Source: a virus
Taxonomy: Duplodnaviria > Caudoviricetes
Strand: one strand, 5' to 3'
IMG/VR virus record: IMGVR_UViG_3300002461_000269
Coordinates: 1-58,562 of that record
DNA: 58,562 bases
Positions 28,178-38,937 of this stretch are shown here, piece by piece (positions within the stretch are counted from its first letter, which is position 1; the number at the start of each line of letters is the position of its first letter). The notes under the pieces were generated by a model that was not told the origin of the DNA, did not search any database, and saw only the letters and a program-made list of their open reading frames with translations. A program made the position numbers and the translations under genes.

Positions 28178-28575
28178 TCGGGCGCTTCCTGCGCTGGCTC
28201 GCTGCCGATGAAAGCGGGGAGGTGCCAGCATTGGCGCCTCCTCCGCCGATCGACGACGCACCGCTTATGGTGGAAACGCAGGGCTGGGGCGCTGGCGACC
28301 TTGCCATCAGCATCACCGGCGATTGGCTAGGCACGCCGCCGCCGCAGGGCTTCCCGCGCGCCGACACCCTGTACCGCGTGCTTGGCACGTCGGTTCTCTT
28401 GTCGCCCATGGTCGGCCGCCCCCTGCTCATGCTGGTGCTCGAAGACATGCCCGGCATCTACGCCGCGGCCGGATTCGAGAAGGTGACGCTCGTTACCCAG
28501 CCCGCCGCGCCCGATTTCACCCGCGACCTTCAACGCATCAGTGACCGCGTGAAAGCGCGCCAGGGGGAAACATGA
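28174..28575 (+). CDS. Hypothetical protein
   Basis: Coupled ORF. Confidence 0.6.
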   Translation: MIGRFLRWLAADESGEVPALAPPPPIDDAPLMVETQGWGAGDLAISITGDWLGTPPPQGFPRADTLYRVLGTSVLLSPMVGRPLLMLVLEDMPGIYAAAGFEKVTLVTQPAAPDFTRDLQRISDRVKARQGET

Positions 28576-28883
28576 TGGCGAGCCTGTTCGATTATGCCGA
28601 GCGCTATCCGCAGGCACCAGGCCACCAAGGCGGCGACACGTCTCAGGACGCGGCCGTTAGCATTGCATCGCGTGCGGGGGATCTGCGCGACAAGGTTTTG
28701 GTTGCGCTTTTCAATCATGGATTGCTGGCGACGTTCGAGCTTCCTGCGTTGACCGGCGCGACCTACCGGGCAATTCAGCCGCGCACGTCCGAGCTTCGCG
28801 CTGCCGGCCTGATTGAGGATAGCGGCGAGCGCCGCACTGACCCCGAGACAGGACGCAAAGCGATCGTCTGGCGGTTACGGTGA
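28572..28883 (+). CDS. Winged-helix phage protein
   Basis: DTSQDAA, IQPRTSEL..GLIEDSGERR, GRKAIVW. Confidence 0.75.
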   Translation: MMASLFDYAERYPQAPGHQGGDTSQDAAVSIASRAGDLRDKVLVALFNHGLLATFELPALTGATYRAIQPRTSELRAAGLIEDSGERRTDPETGRKAIVWRLR

Positions 28884-29458
28884 CGGCACCAACCCCCTTC
28901 GATGGCCTGCGCATGTTCGGCTACAACATCATCTATGCCGACCCGGCTTGGCCCTTCGACAATTACAGCGCGAAGGGCGAGAGCCGCAATCCGAACCGGC
29001 ATTACGACACGCTCTCGATTGAGCAGATCCAAGCGCTCCCCGTCGGCCATCTGGCGTCAGGTGACTGCGCGCTGTTCCTTTGGGTGACAGATCCGCTCCT
29101 CGACGTCGGCATCGAGACGATGAAGGCATGGGGATTTCAGTACAAGACCGTCGCCTTTACGTGGGCGAAGCGCAGCAAGCTCGACACCAGCTGGCATATC
29201 GGTACCGGGTACACCACGCGATCCAATCCCGAAATGTGCCTGCTTGGCTTCAATGGATCTTTGCCGCGCCAGTCAGCCAGCGTGCGCCAGCTCGTCGTCG
29301 AGCCGATCCGCGAGCACAGCCGCAAGCCCGACCGCATCCCTGACGATATTGTGCGCCTCTACGGCGACCTTCCGAGGGTGGAGCTATTCGCCCGCACGGC
29401 ACGCCCCGGCTGGGAAGCATGGGGCAATCAGACAGACAGGTTTGAGGTGGCCGCATGA
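28880..29458 (+). CDS. MT-A70 family adenine methyltransferase
   Basis: IYADPAW, LFLWVT, WGFQYKT, EHSRKP and VELFAR. Confidence 0.92.
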   Translation: MTAPTPFDGLRMFGYNIIYADPAWPFDNYSAKGESRNPNRHYDTLSIEQIQALPVGHLASGDCALFLWVTDPLLDVGIETMKAWGFQYKTVAFTWAKRSKLDTSWHIGTGYTTRSNPEMCLLGFNGSLPRQSASVRQLVVEPIREHSRKPDRIPDDIVRLYGDLPRVELFARTARPGWEAWGNQTDRFEVAA

Positions 29459-29655
29459 GATACGACGAAGGCCCGCCGCGCGCTGCGCCCAACCGCTTCC
29501 CGTTCCGCGACCACGGCACGCTGGCCGACGTGTGGGGCATCACGCCTGCGCCCGTCGCGCCGCCGCCGCCCAAGCCGCGCTATGTGCCGGTGGAGCGCGA
29601 CCTCGACCAAATGAGCGCCGAGTGCGCTTTCGAGCGGTTCATGCGGGGCCAATAA
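29455..29655 (+). CDS. Hypothetical protein
   Basis: GAGG RBS and coupled ORF. Confidence 0.55.
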   Translation: MRYDEGPPRAAPNRFPFRDHGTLADVWGITPAPVAPPPPKPRYVPVERDLDQMSAECAFERFMRGQ

Positions 29656-29665
29656 CAAGGAAACA

Positions 29666-30217
29666 ATGATGGCCAAGAAAGAAAACTACGAAAGCAGGAT
29701 TGCCGCTTTCATCAAAGACGGCGCCGAACATGCGGCGCTTGTCCATGAGGAGGATTGCTGCCGCGTCTTAGATCAGTGTGAAAGCCCCATAGAGAAGCTG
29801 CTTCTCGCTGCGCTTTACAACGGCCAAGACGGTCGAGAGTTTTTCGCCGTCGAGTTTATGGGAAAGTCGAACTCACCTTTTCGATTCCTCAAGGATGAGA
29901 CGCTCTACATCTATCAGCAGTCGCAAGTTGGGCGCTATCGCGTCGACTTCCTCATTCACGATTGCTCCTTTCCTCTCGAAATCCGAGATCCTCGCTGGAT
30001 GATTGTCGAGTGCGATGGGCACGAGTTCCATGAAAAGACCAAGGAACAAGCTCGGCACGACAAGCAACGCGACCGCTATTTTCAGTCTCTAGGATTCAAG
30101 GTTCTGCACTTTACGGGCAGCGAAATATGGGCAGATCCGGAGAAGTGTGCCGAGGAAGTCTTTGCGCACGCGGCCACTAACGACGATTGGCGGAACCGGG
30201 ACGATCTCAATGGCTGA
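29666..30217 (+). CDS. DUF559/Vsr-like endonuclease domain protein
   Basis: ESPIE, YRVDF, VECDGHEFH, DKQRDR, GFKVLHFTGSEI. Confidence 0.85.
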   Translation: MMAKKENYESRIAAFIKDGAEHAALVHEEDCCRVLDQCESPIEKLLLAALYNGQDGREFFAVEFMGKSNSPFRFLKDETLYIYQQSQVGRYRVDFLIHDCSFPLEIRDPRWMIVECDGHEFHEKTKEQARHDKQRDRYFQSLGFKVLHFTGSEIWADPEKCAEEVFAHAATNDDWRNRDDLNG

Positions 30218-30953
30218 GTTCCCCGCCATGCCACTGTGGACGGACGCCTATCTTGGCGACACCACCCACCTCACCACGATCGAGCACGGTGCGTACCTGC
30301 TGCTGCTGATGGTTGCCTGGCGCAGCCGCGATAATCGGCTGGCGGATGATGACCGCCTACTGGCTCGCTACGCCAAGATGACCCCCGCGCAATGGCGCCG
30401 GGCCAAGCCAATCCTGAGCGAGTTTTTTACGGTCAAAGATGGGTTTTGGACGCAGCGCCGTCTGACGGACGAGGCCGCCGCTGTCAAACAGTACCGAGAA
30501 AAACAGCGCGCCGCTGGGCAAGCTAGTGCCATGAAAAGAAAGGGAAGGCATTCAACCGCGGTTGAATCTGGTTGCAACCAAAATCAACCTCCCACTCCCA
30601 CTCCCATTCCCAACGAAGAACCTAAAGGTTCTTCTCCCCCTGTAGTCCCCATCGCCAAAGCGAAATCGAAACGCGCAGGCGCTTTGCCGCAGGACTTCGA
30701 GCCAGACCTTTCGGAGCGAGCCCAAGCGATCGTTGATGGCTGGCCACCCGGCAAGTTTGACGCCGAGTTTCGCAAGTTCCGAGATCATGCCTGCGACAAG
30801 AACCGCGTCTCTCACGACTGGCAGGCTGCTTTCCGCACTTGGATCAATAACGCTGACGAATGGATGAAGAAAGATGAACGCTCAAACAAACCTGCCCGCG
30901 ATACCCGCGACGGATACCTCCGCGCCGTCGATCGAGAACTCGGCATTGGATAG
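30210..30953 (+). CDS. DUF1376 (YdaU-like) replication initiator
   Basis: MPLWTDAYLGDTTHLTTIEHGAYLLLL and C-terminal DWQAAFRTW. Confidence 0.88.
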   Translation: MAEFPAMPLWTDAYLGDTTHLTTIEHGAYLLLLMVAWRSRDNRLADDDRLLARYAKMTPAQWRRAKPILSEFFTVKDGFWTQRRLTDEAAAVKQYREKQRAAGQASAMKRKGRHSTAVESGCNQNQPPTPTPIPNEEPKGSSPPVVPIAKAKSKRAGALPQDFEPDLSERAQAIVDGWPPGKFDAEFRKFRDHACDKNRVSHDWQAAFRTWINNADEWMKKDERSNKPARDTRDGYLRAVDRELGIG

Positions 30954-31524
30954 GGTTCGGGCGCTTCCCGCCCGGCTCGACGATGACAAGCTCGCATCGG
31001 TAGCGCGCTGGGCTGCAACACCATCTCCGGCGCTGGTGTTGGCCGATCGTGAATGCGTCCTGCAATTTGCTCGCTTGCTGGCTGACATGCCGAAGCGTGG
31101 GGACGATGACGCCACCGGTGAGATCCGCATGGCGAACATGATCGAGCACTTCACCGGCAAGCCGAGGGCAATGCTGACGTGGCTGCAACGCGAGGCACAT
31201 GCCCGCCTGACGTTCTACCCGACGATCAAGCAGCTGCTCGACATTGCGGCCGAGTGGGAGCGCGACGACGATGCGACCCGCGCCCGCGCTTTGGCCCGCG
31301 CCAAGGTCGAGCAGGAATTGCAGGCCAGGCTGCGCGAGGCCCGTCAGAAGCTCAAGTACGAGCGCTGCGATCAGGCCATGATCGACGCCATGCCGGAAAC
31401 GCAGCGTGTCGTACTGGAGGCCGAGCGCTTGCTTCGCCGCTGTCCTGAATGCGGGACGTACACGCAGGGCCGCGGCTGGCATGATTACCAGCAGTTCATC
31501 GCGCAGCAGGCAGAAGCAGCATGA
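30874..31524 (+). CDS. Replication-associated protein (possible helicase loader)
   Basis: Overlaps the initiator by 80 nt. The TFYPTIKQL motif is typical of genes in this position. Confidence 0.55.
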   Translation: MNAQTNLPAIPATDTSAPSIENSALDRVRALPARLDDDKLASVARWAATPSPALVLADRECVLQFARLLADMPKRGDDDATGEIRMANMIEHFTGKPRAMLTWLQREAHARLTFYPTIKQLLDIAAEWERDDDATRARALARAKVEQELQARLREARQKLKYERCDQAMIDAMPETQRVVLEAERLLRRCPECGTYTQGRGWHDYQQFIAQQAEAA

Positions 31525-31886
31525 GCGGCGAGCAGGACTGCCAGTGGCCGATCCACCGCTTCGCCATGCAGATGCTTCGCCGCCGCTACTACGAGGCGCA
31601 GAACGGGCATTGCGGGATCTGCGGCAACCGGATGAAGCGCAGTTTCACCACCAATAAGCTGACGTTCGATCACGTCTGGCCGAAAGCCTGGTCAGCCGCG
31701 CACCCCGAGGGCAAGTTCCTCGGGAATCTGCTGCTGACGCATGAGCGCTGCAACACCGGGAAGGCGGATGGGCTGCCATCGCCGGAGCAGGTTGAACTGC
31801 TGCACAGCGTAAACCGGAGCATCGGCTTTCATGCTGGCGAGACAGCATTTTGGGACGCGCCTGCCGCGCGGGAGCGCGCAGCATGA
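31521..31886 (+). CDS. HNH endonuclease
   Basis: QNGHCGICG, TFDHVWPK, NLLLTHERCN..K. Confidence 0.88.
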   Translation: MSGEQDCQWPIHRFAMQMLRRRYYEAQNGHCGICGNRMKRSFTTNKLTFDHVWPKAWSAAHPEGKFLGNLLLTHERCNTGKADGLPSPEQVELLHSVNRSIGFHAGETAFWDAPAARERAA

Positions 31887-32212
31887 GCGCGGCGCAGATC
31901 GTCGCCATGTGGACGAGCGGCCGATACGGTGGGGCAGACATAGCCCGCGCCGTCGGCGTTGCCCAATCCACGGTTCACAAGACGCTAGAACGCGAGGGCG
32001 CACTGCATCACCCGATAGCCCGCGAAGGTGTGCGCCGCCGCCGCGCCGATGCCGCCAAGGCAAGCGGCAACCTGGTCGGCGTCAAAAGCCCGGGCCGCCC
32101 GCCGGTGTGGGCTGATTGCCCACTTCATCTGCGTGACGACTATCGCCTGTTCCGCGCCAAGGGGTTCTCTCCCTCAGAGGCCCGCGCCATGCTGGAGCCT
32201 GTCACCGCATGA
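31883..32212 (+). CDS. HTH domain protein
   Basis: GADIARAVGVAQSTVHKTL. Confidence 0.7.
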   Translation: MSAAQIVAMWTSGRYGGADIARAVGVAQSTVHKTLEREGALHHPIAREGVRRRRADAAKASGNLVGVKSPGRPPVWADCPLHLRDDYRLFRAKGFSPSEARAMLEPVTA

Positions 32213-32604
32213 AACCCCCCTCCAGCCTGACCCCGATGCTGCGCGACCGGCTGGAGCGCATCAGCGCCGCGGTGACCCTCAACACCACAAGGGACCAGTG
32301 CCGCGTCCTAATGGGACTGACAGACTCGCAAATGGCGAGCACGATGTTCCGCTTGTTCAGCGCCTCAACCTGGCCGCCGGTGATCGACCAAAGACTATGG
32401 ACACTGCCGATCGAGGACGTGGCACCGCCCACCAATGGCGGCCGCCGCAAGGTCGAGAAGGCCAAGGACGAGGGCGAGATAGCCGAGCGTGTCGCCGCCG
32501 ATCAGGCGCGCATCCGCAACAACCGTGAGCGATGGCTCGACATTGAGCAGAAGAAATACGGGCTCAAGCGCCGGGGCCGCAACATCGACGATATGATTGC
32601 ATGA
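32209..32604 (+). CDS. Hypothetical protein
   Basis: Coupled ORF ending the replication operon. Confidence 0.6.
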   Translation: MKPPSSLTPMLRDRLERISAAVTLNTTRDQCRVLMGLTDSQMASTMFRLFSASTWPPVIDQRLWTLPIEDVAPPTNGGRRKVEKAKDEGEIAERVAADQARIRNNRERWLDIEQKKYGLKRRGRNIDDMIA

Positions 32605-32610
32605 AGCCTA

Positions 32611-32638
32611 TTGACTATTACGACAGGCGCGCTAATGT
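32611..32638 (+). promoter_or_regulatory. Promoter for accessory small-gene cluster
   Basis: TTGACT-N16-TAATGT, followed by an AAGGAG RBS before the ATG at 32685. Confidence 0.55.
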
Positions 32639-34697
32639 CCCGTTCGGACACAGGGGATAGACCCCGCTTCAAGGAGAAAAGTCCATGAGCTACCTCGACA
32701 GCCGCGACAAGCCTTTCAGCGACGACGAGTTCGCCGCGATCCCGCGCAACTCGGACGGCGATATTATCGACCTTTACGATGCCTACGCCTTCATCACCGA
32801 CGAGCAGCGCAAGCAGCTCAGCGGCGACGATGAATCGCGGATGGAGGATTATGACGAGGAAATGCGCGTCATGGTTGCGATGGCGATGGGAGGGCTCGGA
32901 GCATGAGCGCGCTCGCCAAGATCGTCGCGGACTATGCCGCGCAAAACTACGCCCGCAAGGGCGCCCGCTTCGACGTGATCGTCGAGTGCTACGAGCTTGC
33001 CGACATTGAGAAGGAACTCAAATGCGCCGGCGTCACTGACGAGGCAGGCGCAAAGCGCTGGGCCGATCAGGCGGCAGGCCTCGCCCATGAGCAGGAACTC
33101 AACCAAGCATGGGACGGTCCCGAGAGCGTCAAAAGCAGCGAGCGCTACGATCCCAAGTATGACCCGGCTGGACCTCCCGAGTGCACCTGCTCGGAATACC
33201 AGCTTTACCAAGTCGGCTGCGACTGTGGTTACGAGGAGGCCTTGGCATGACCCCCCAGCAAGAGTTCGGCCACCGCGGCCAGAGCAAGCCCCTGCGCTAC
33301 GAGGTGACCAACCGCATCACCGGCAAGACGCTCACCTTCAAGACCGGGCCCGCAGCCTCGCGCGCGATGGACCGCATCGACAACGCCTACGGCGCATACA
33401 TCTGCACCAGGCGCGCGATCTGGAGGGAAGAAGCATGACCGCCATCTTCGCGCTCAACTTGGCGTGCGCTATTCTGATTGTGTGCTGGCCGTCCAAGACT
33501 TGGGATGCGCGCGGCATGATCGGGGGCGGGGAATGACTGTTTACGAAACGCCACAGGCCAACACCATTGCAACCATCGTTGCTGATCGCTGCCAAGGCAA
33601 TCGCAGGCCCGGCCGAGCGCCGGAGCGATACGCCATAATCTGGCAGGCGGCGCGTCTTGGCGCAATTGAAGCCGGGGCAGCCACCGCCGACCTACAGGCC
33701 CGGTTGGACACTAGCGGCAGTTTGCTGCGGCAATGCCTGAAATGGCTCCCTTTGCTCGATAGCCATGAGGCGGGCAGCACAACCGATTTGCTGTGTGACA
33801 GCATCAGCGAACACCTCGCCACCGCCCGCAATACGGAAGGGAATGAAGCATGAGCGAAGTGAGGCCTACGCAGATCACAGAAGCCGATTTCCGGGGGCTG
33901 ATGGCGGTTTTCGATGCGCCTGATTGGCACGTCAATGAAGCGCTAGAGAAGTTCCGCGAGCGCGGCCTGATTGCGCCGGAGCCTGTGGATGCGTTGCTGA
34001 TCGAGGCGCGGGAGATTTGCAGCGCAGCCTACAGGGCAGCCTCATACACCGCCTACGCCGAAGAAATGGCGCAAGGGGGGCAGGATCACTTTCCTGCGAT
34101 GCAAAGCACCCTCGCCGCCCTCAAGCGCGGCATGGAACTGGCACAACCAGCGTTGACGCGGGAGATGGTGCGGGAGGCGGTGATTAAGGCCGACCCGCTC
34201 GAAGTTTATAAGGGCGACTTCGAACGGGATAGCGCCTTTCTAGCGCAAGCCGAGGGTTTCATCGACCGCCTCCACGCCGCCCTAACCGGACGCCAGCCAT
34301 GACCGCCCCCTCACAACAGGCGCGCGCTATGGCACTCGTGGCGAATGAGATCGACGCATACATGCGCCGCCCTTGCAGCCCTGCACCTGCCCACGGGCTT
34401 ACCCCCATGCAGTGCATCACGCCGCTATCGAAGGCGCTGGCAAATGCGGAATGGAAGGCAATGGACGCGCGCGGGAACCTGCCCGCTGATTGGCCCGAAC
34501 GCAAAGCCGCATTGATCGAACAGCTAACGGGCAAGCCCGCGACGGTGACGGTGTGACCCGCCGCGAACGCAACCAATGGCTTGCCGCAGGTCTAGCGGTG
34601 TTCGCTCTGTCTGTGCTGATCGGGCTGGACGCTGCGGGCATTGATGTTTGCGTGTGGCAGTTTTTCAACGCGGCTTGACCGCTTTTGTGAGGTGAGA

Positions 34698-35111
34698 ATG
34701 ATGGGCCGATCTGGATACACTGAGGATTGCGATTTTGACAATTGGGCTAACATCAGGTGGCGCGGCGTTGTCGCAAGTTCAATCCGTGGCAAGCGCGGGC
34801 AAGCGTTCCTACGTGACTTGATCGCGGCACTTGATGCCCTGCCAGAGCCGAAGCTTTACCCTAACGAACTGCAATGCCGCGACGGTGTTTGCGCGATGGG
34901 GAGTGTTGGGTTGCAGCGCGGCGTAGATTTGTCGAAGATTGACCCCGAAGATTCAGAGAGGATTGCAAGGATTTTCGATATTGCGGAACCGCTTGTTCGA
35001 GAAATTGAATGGGAAAACGATGAAGGCGGGATTTTGCAAGAAACGCCGGAACGCCGCTGGACAAGGATGCGCGCCTGGGCCGTCCGCAACTTGAAGGAAC
35101 CCGCCCAATGA
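34698..35111 (+). CDS. Conserved phage hypothetical protein
   Basis: GAGGTG RBS. RSGY..D...RWRG.VAS.IRGKRGQAFLRDL, ENDE and ETPERRW. Confidence 0.75.
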   Translation: MMGRSGYTEDCDFDNWANIRWRGVVASSIRGKRGQAFLRDLIAALDALPEPKLYPNELQCRDGVCAMGSVGLQRGVDLSKIDPEDSERIARIFDIAEPLVREIEWENDEGGILQETPERRWTRMRAWAVRNLKEPAQ

Positions 35112-35701
35112 ACCGCCACAAACGCACCGCCCGCCTTTTGGCGGCAGCAGAGGCCCGCATTAACGAAGCGATGTGGGGCGTCGATGACGAGTTCGATGAT
35201 GCCGACGCCTACGGCTACAGGCTCAACAGCCCCGTAGAGGTGATCGACGAAGCGCGCAGGCAGTGGGATTGCATCCCGACCGATCCGGCAGCGATTGCCA
35301 TTTGGATGCGCGACGAACCTATCAATGGAGTGAAGCCATGACCCGCGAAGAACTCAAGGCACTGGCGGAGCGTGTAATGGCGCTTTCGGGGCTTTCCAAC
35401 GAGACAGACATTTTGGTTGAATGTGCGCTTGAGGAGTGCCGCCCCAACGCTGCCGGGACAAAGGTGATCTATACCGAAGGCGAGCGCGAGAAAACCTATT
35501 GGGCGCGCGACTGGACGATCAGCAAGGTTCAACGTGAGCGAACAGCCGCCGCTCTTCTCGCACTGGCGGAGCAACAGCCATGACCCGCGCTGTATTCTGG
35601 CGCATCGCTTTGACCGGGTTGGCGCTGTTCTGGCTGGTCGTTGGGGCAGGCGTTGCCTCGCTTGGCGGCGGCGTTTGGGATTTTTCTTGGAGTGTTTTCT
35701 G

Positions 35702-36373
35702 ATGCCAGCTTATCGCAGCGAGGCAGAGGCGGAAGTCCGTGAAGCCGTAGTGTCGCGGCTCCGTGCTTTGCGGCCCGATGCGCGCATTATGCACGAGGTC
35801 AACGCGTGCTCGTTCGGTAATAGGATCGACGTTTTGGCCGTCTCTCCCGCCGAGATCATCGCGGTTGAGATCAAGTCAGCCAAGGACAAACTTGGTCGGT
35901 TGCCGGATCAAATGAAGGCCATGAAGCGGTGCAGCCATGTCGCGCTTGCCGTTTTACATGAGAAGTTCCTGCAAGAGCGGGAAGCGTCTTATACCTCCAA
36001 TGCCGACTTTGAGCGAGACGGCAAGTTCTTTGCTTGGGTGTCACCCGCAGATCATCGTGACGTGCCGTGCCAAAGCCTTTGGATTTATCCCGAGGCCCGC
36101 CGTGGGCGATACAATATCGGGCAATGGATTGAACCCCAGCAGGCCGTGTGCCAGCCCCTACCACCAACAGCGATTGACATTCTTTGGCGCGCTGAATTGG
36201 CCGTTATGGCGGCGCGTCACGGGCTGGCGGGCATGAAGTCCGCGACCATGGAAAAGCTGGTCAATGCCCTGCGCTGGAACCTTACCGGGGCCGAGCTGAC
36301 CAAAGGCATTTGCGCCGCGCTCCGCGCACGTGCCGTGATTGAAGGCGATGCGGCCTTTGCTGTGGACGCATGA
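35702..36373 (+). CDS. PD-(D/E)xK nuclease-like protein (sce7726/MmcB-like)
   Basis: IMHE...RIDVLAV...AVEIKS.KD.L.RLPDQ. Confidence 0.75.
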   Translation: MPAYRSEAEAEVREAVVSRLRALRPDARIMHEVNACSFGNRIDVLAVSPAEIIAVEIKSAKDKLGRLPDQMKAMKRCSHVALAVLHEKFLQEREASYTSNADFERDGKFFAWVSPADHRDVPCQSLWIYPEARRGRYNIGQWIEPQQAVCQPLPPTAIDILWRAELAVMAARHGLAGMKSATMEKLVNALRWNLTGAELTKGICAALRARAVIEGDAAFAVDA

Positions 36374-36457
36374 TGCGCCTCGCGTTGACCCTGACCACCG
36401 CCTTCACAGGCATGACATTTTTACTGGCGCTCGGTGCGCTGATTGGGAGAATTTGAG

Positions 36458-37204
36458 ATGGAACAGACGATTGAGAAATATGAAGTCCGCAGCCGCTGGT
36501 CTGGTGTGGTGCAGTTCACGGCTGAAATCTCGGTAACGCCCGATATGCTGCCGAGCGTCAAGATGGGATTGGCCGTAAAGTGGGCGAGCAAAAACGATGC
36601 CGACCTGAGCGGTGCCTACCTGAGCGGTGCCGACCTGAGCGGTGCCGACCTGCGCGGTGCCGACCTGAGCGGTGCCTACCTGAGCGGTGCCTACCTGAGC
36701 GGTGCCAACCTGAGCGGTGCCTACCTGAGCGGTGCCAACCTGAGCGGTGCCTACCTGCGCGGTGCCTACCTGAGCGGTGCCGACCTGAGTGGTGCCTACC
36801 TGAGCGGTGCCTACCTGCGCGGTGCCGACCTGAGCGATGCCGACCTGAGCGGTGCCTACCTGAGCGGTGCCGACCTGCGCTTCATTAAGTCCGATTTTTT
36901 CATGATCCTTGCAATGGGCCACGGCGAAGTTCTGCATTTGATTAACGCGCTGCGCGATGGCCGCGTGGACGGTTCAACCTATGAAGGCGAATGCGCCTGC
37001 CTTGTCGGCACGCTGGAAAATGGCGGCGCTACCGGCATTCCACATCAAGCATCTTCGCCCGCTGAGCGATGGTTTGTGCCGATCCGCAAGGGCATCAAGC
37101 CGGGTGACGATAACGAGGGTGGCTTTCGTTCCGGGAAGGCTCTCGAATGGGCGCTGGAATATGTGCGTCTGACGGGGATCGAATTGAAGGAACCCACCCA
37201 ATGA
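36458..37204 (+). CDS. Pentapeptide repeat protein
   Basis: 19 A(D/Y/N)L(S/R)G-type repeats and a C-terminal domain with [18 protein letters not shown]. Confidence 0.92.
   Translation: MEQTIEKYEVRSRWSGVVQFTAEISVTPDMLPSVKMGLAVKWASKNDADLSGAYLSGADLSGADLRGADLSGAYLSGAYLSGANLSGAYLSGANLSGAYLRGAYLSGADLSGAYLSGAYLRGADLSDADLSGAYLSGADLRFIKSDFFMILAMGHGEVLHLINALRDGRVDGSTYEGECACLVGTLENGGATGIPHQASSPAERWFVPIRKGIKPGDDNEGGFRSGKALEWALEYVRLTGIELKEPTQ
36599..36883 (+). repeat. 15-bp tandem repeat x19
   Basis: Unit GCC(G/T/A)ACCTG(A/C)GCGGT, near-identical copies. Confidence 0.95.
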
Positions 37205-38754
37205 CCCGCCCCGAACTCGCCGCGCTGAAAGCCCGCGAAGTCGGCTACGTGCAAGCGATGGATGCAATGGGGGAAGAGCTCGCCGCGAGCAAAGAACGTG
37301 AGCGCGAAACGCTAGCAGTGCTGCAAACAGCGCATGAAAGCGAGGCTGCGCTGGTTAGGCAAAAGAACGCGCTCATTCATGTGGTTAGGTGGATTTCTGC
37401 AAATTACGAAAACGGCGAGATTAACCACAAGGATTTTCGTGTGCGCGCCAAGAATTTGGCTGACGACGCACTTCTAGGAGACCCCGTATGACCCAACAAT
37501 GGACGAAAGCCGAACTTGAAGATTGGTGCCGTGGCTGGTGCCGCACGCCGATCACAACGCTCAAGGCGTTTATTGACGCGGGCTTTTGTAGCGATGAAGC
37601 GCCGCTCCGCGAAGAAATGCGCCTGTTGCGCCAGCCTACGCCTAGCACGGTCGATGCGACAAAACCTGTCATGTCTTATGATGTGCTTAGGGCAATCCGC
37701 CATCTGTTGAAATACAGCAACCCGATTGGCGTAATCGGCGACATGTGGCGCGATCATGCGCTGAAATTATTGCAGCGCCCCGAAGCCCCCACTGATGGAC
37801 GGTGCGTTTGGTATAGGGGCTGGGAATGCTGTCCCGATGGACATGGCATGGCTGGGCAGATTGGCGGGTGGCACGCTTGCCTTGGTGGCGCTGATGCCGA
37901 CTGCATCAGTGTTGATGCGCTCACTTGGGGTGAGTTGCTTGACGAGATTGACGAACACGACATGACGGAAGCCGCCCGCGCAGCCCTCACGGAGCCGACC
38001 GATGGGTGAGGGGGATATTGCCGAACTGGCAGCGGGCCTGCTTCCGGGCCAGCGCCTCGCCCTCACGCGAGCGTATCAGGATGATGGCGATACGTGGTGG
38101 ATCATTAGCGGCACAGGGCGAGGGCTGATGAACATGGGCATCACTGCGCGCTCAATTTATGGCGCTTACCTCACGCCTTTTGGCGAACAAGTCCGCCGCC
38201 ACCTGCTCGAAGGAGCCGACAATGCCGAAGGATGAACTGATCGCCGCTCTTGAGGCTGCGACGGGGCCGGATCGGGAGTTGGATGCGGCTATCTTTGCAG
38301 CAGTGTATCCTGACAAGGTGCCAAGCCCGATTGTTGAAAGCGGCTATGGCTGGCGGTTTGCTGGTGATGGATGGTGGCTGGCAACAGGCGAGGACACACG
38401 AGTAGCGCCAAAGACAGTTACGCCGCCCCGCTTCACCGCCAGCATCGACGCCGCGCTGACGCTGGTAGAGCCGGGTCTTGGCTTCAAACTAGACCGCTAT
38501 TGGATTGGGTTCGTCGATCATGCGGTTTGGTCTGCGCACATTACGCGGGGCGGCTTGCCTGACAGGCCGTTCAAGTCTTGGGAAGCATGGGACGCCACGA
38601 CCCCCGCGCTCGCAATCTGCATCGCCGCCCTAAAGGCCCGCCCATGACGCGCCGGGTATTGCTGCCAGATGCGGAGGGTGGGCGGTGACCCGCTGGCCAA
38701 GGATGATGAAGCGCAAGACTGGCGATTTAATCGGTTTTAACGGATAACTCTGAC

Positions 38755-38937
38755 ATGACACCGCACCAATTCCGCTCTGCGCTCAAGACCCTCGGGCTGA
38801 CCCAGCACACCGCCGCTGCCGCCCTTGGCATGGGCAAGTGGGGCTTCCAGTCCGTCGGCAAGTGGGTGCGCGGCGAACACACCATCCCGGCGCCAATCGT
38901 CGACAAGATCAACGCCATGCTGGAGCAACAGGGCTGA
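38755..38937 (+). CDS. Small XRE-like HTH protein
   Basis: MTPHQFRSALKTLGLTQHTAAAALG...SVGKWVRGE..IP. Confidence 0.8.
   Translation: MTPHQFRSALKTLGLTQHTAAAALGMGKWGFQSVGKWVRGEHTIPAPIVDKINAMLEQQG

Larger units (their letters stand above)
32685..38647 (+). other. Nin-like cluster of about 18 small, translationally coupled hypothetical genes
   Basis: ATGA-coupled ORFs including 32685-32906, 32903-33250, 33247-33438, 33533-33853, 33850-34302, 34299-34556, 35108-35341, 35338-35583, 37201-37491, 37488-38009, 38002-38235 and 38222-38647. Confidence 0.7.

Noticed and set aside
36599-36883. Possible CRISPR array or DGR repeat
   Set aside because: Contiguous coding 15-mers without spacers. No cas or reverse transcriptase gene in the window.
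36404-36937. Antisense AQVGT-repeat ORF
   Set aside because: Mirror of the pentapeptide repeat gene on the plus strand, which has an RBS and fits the operon direction.
38726-38742. Possible CtrA box upstream of the HTH-terS genes
   Set aside because: Spacing is TTAA-N6-TTAA, not the N7 consensus.
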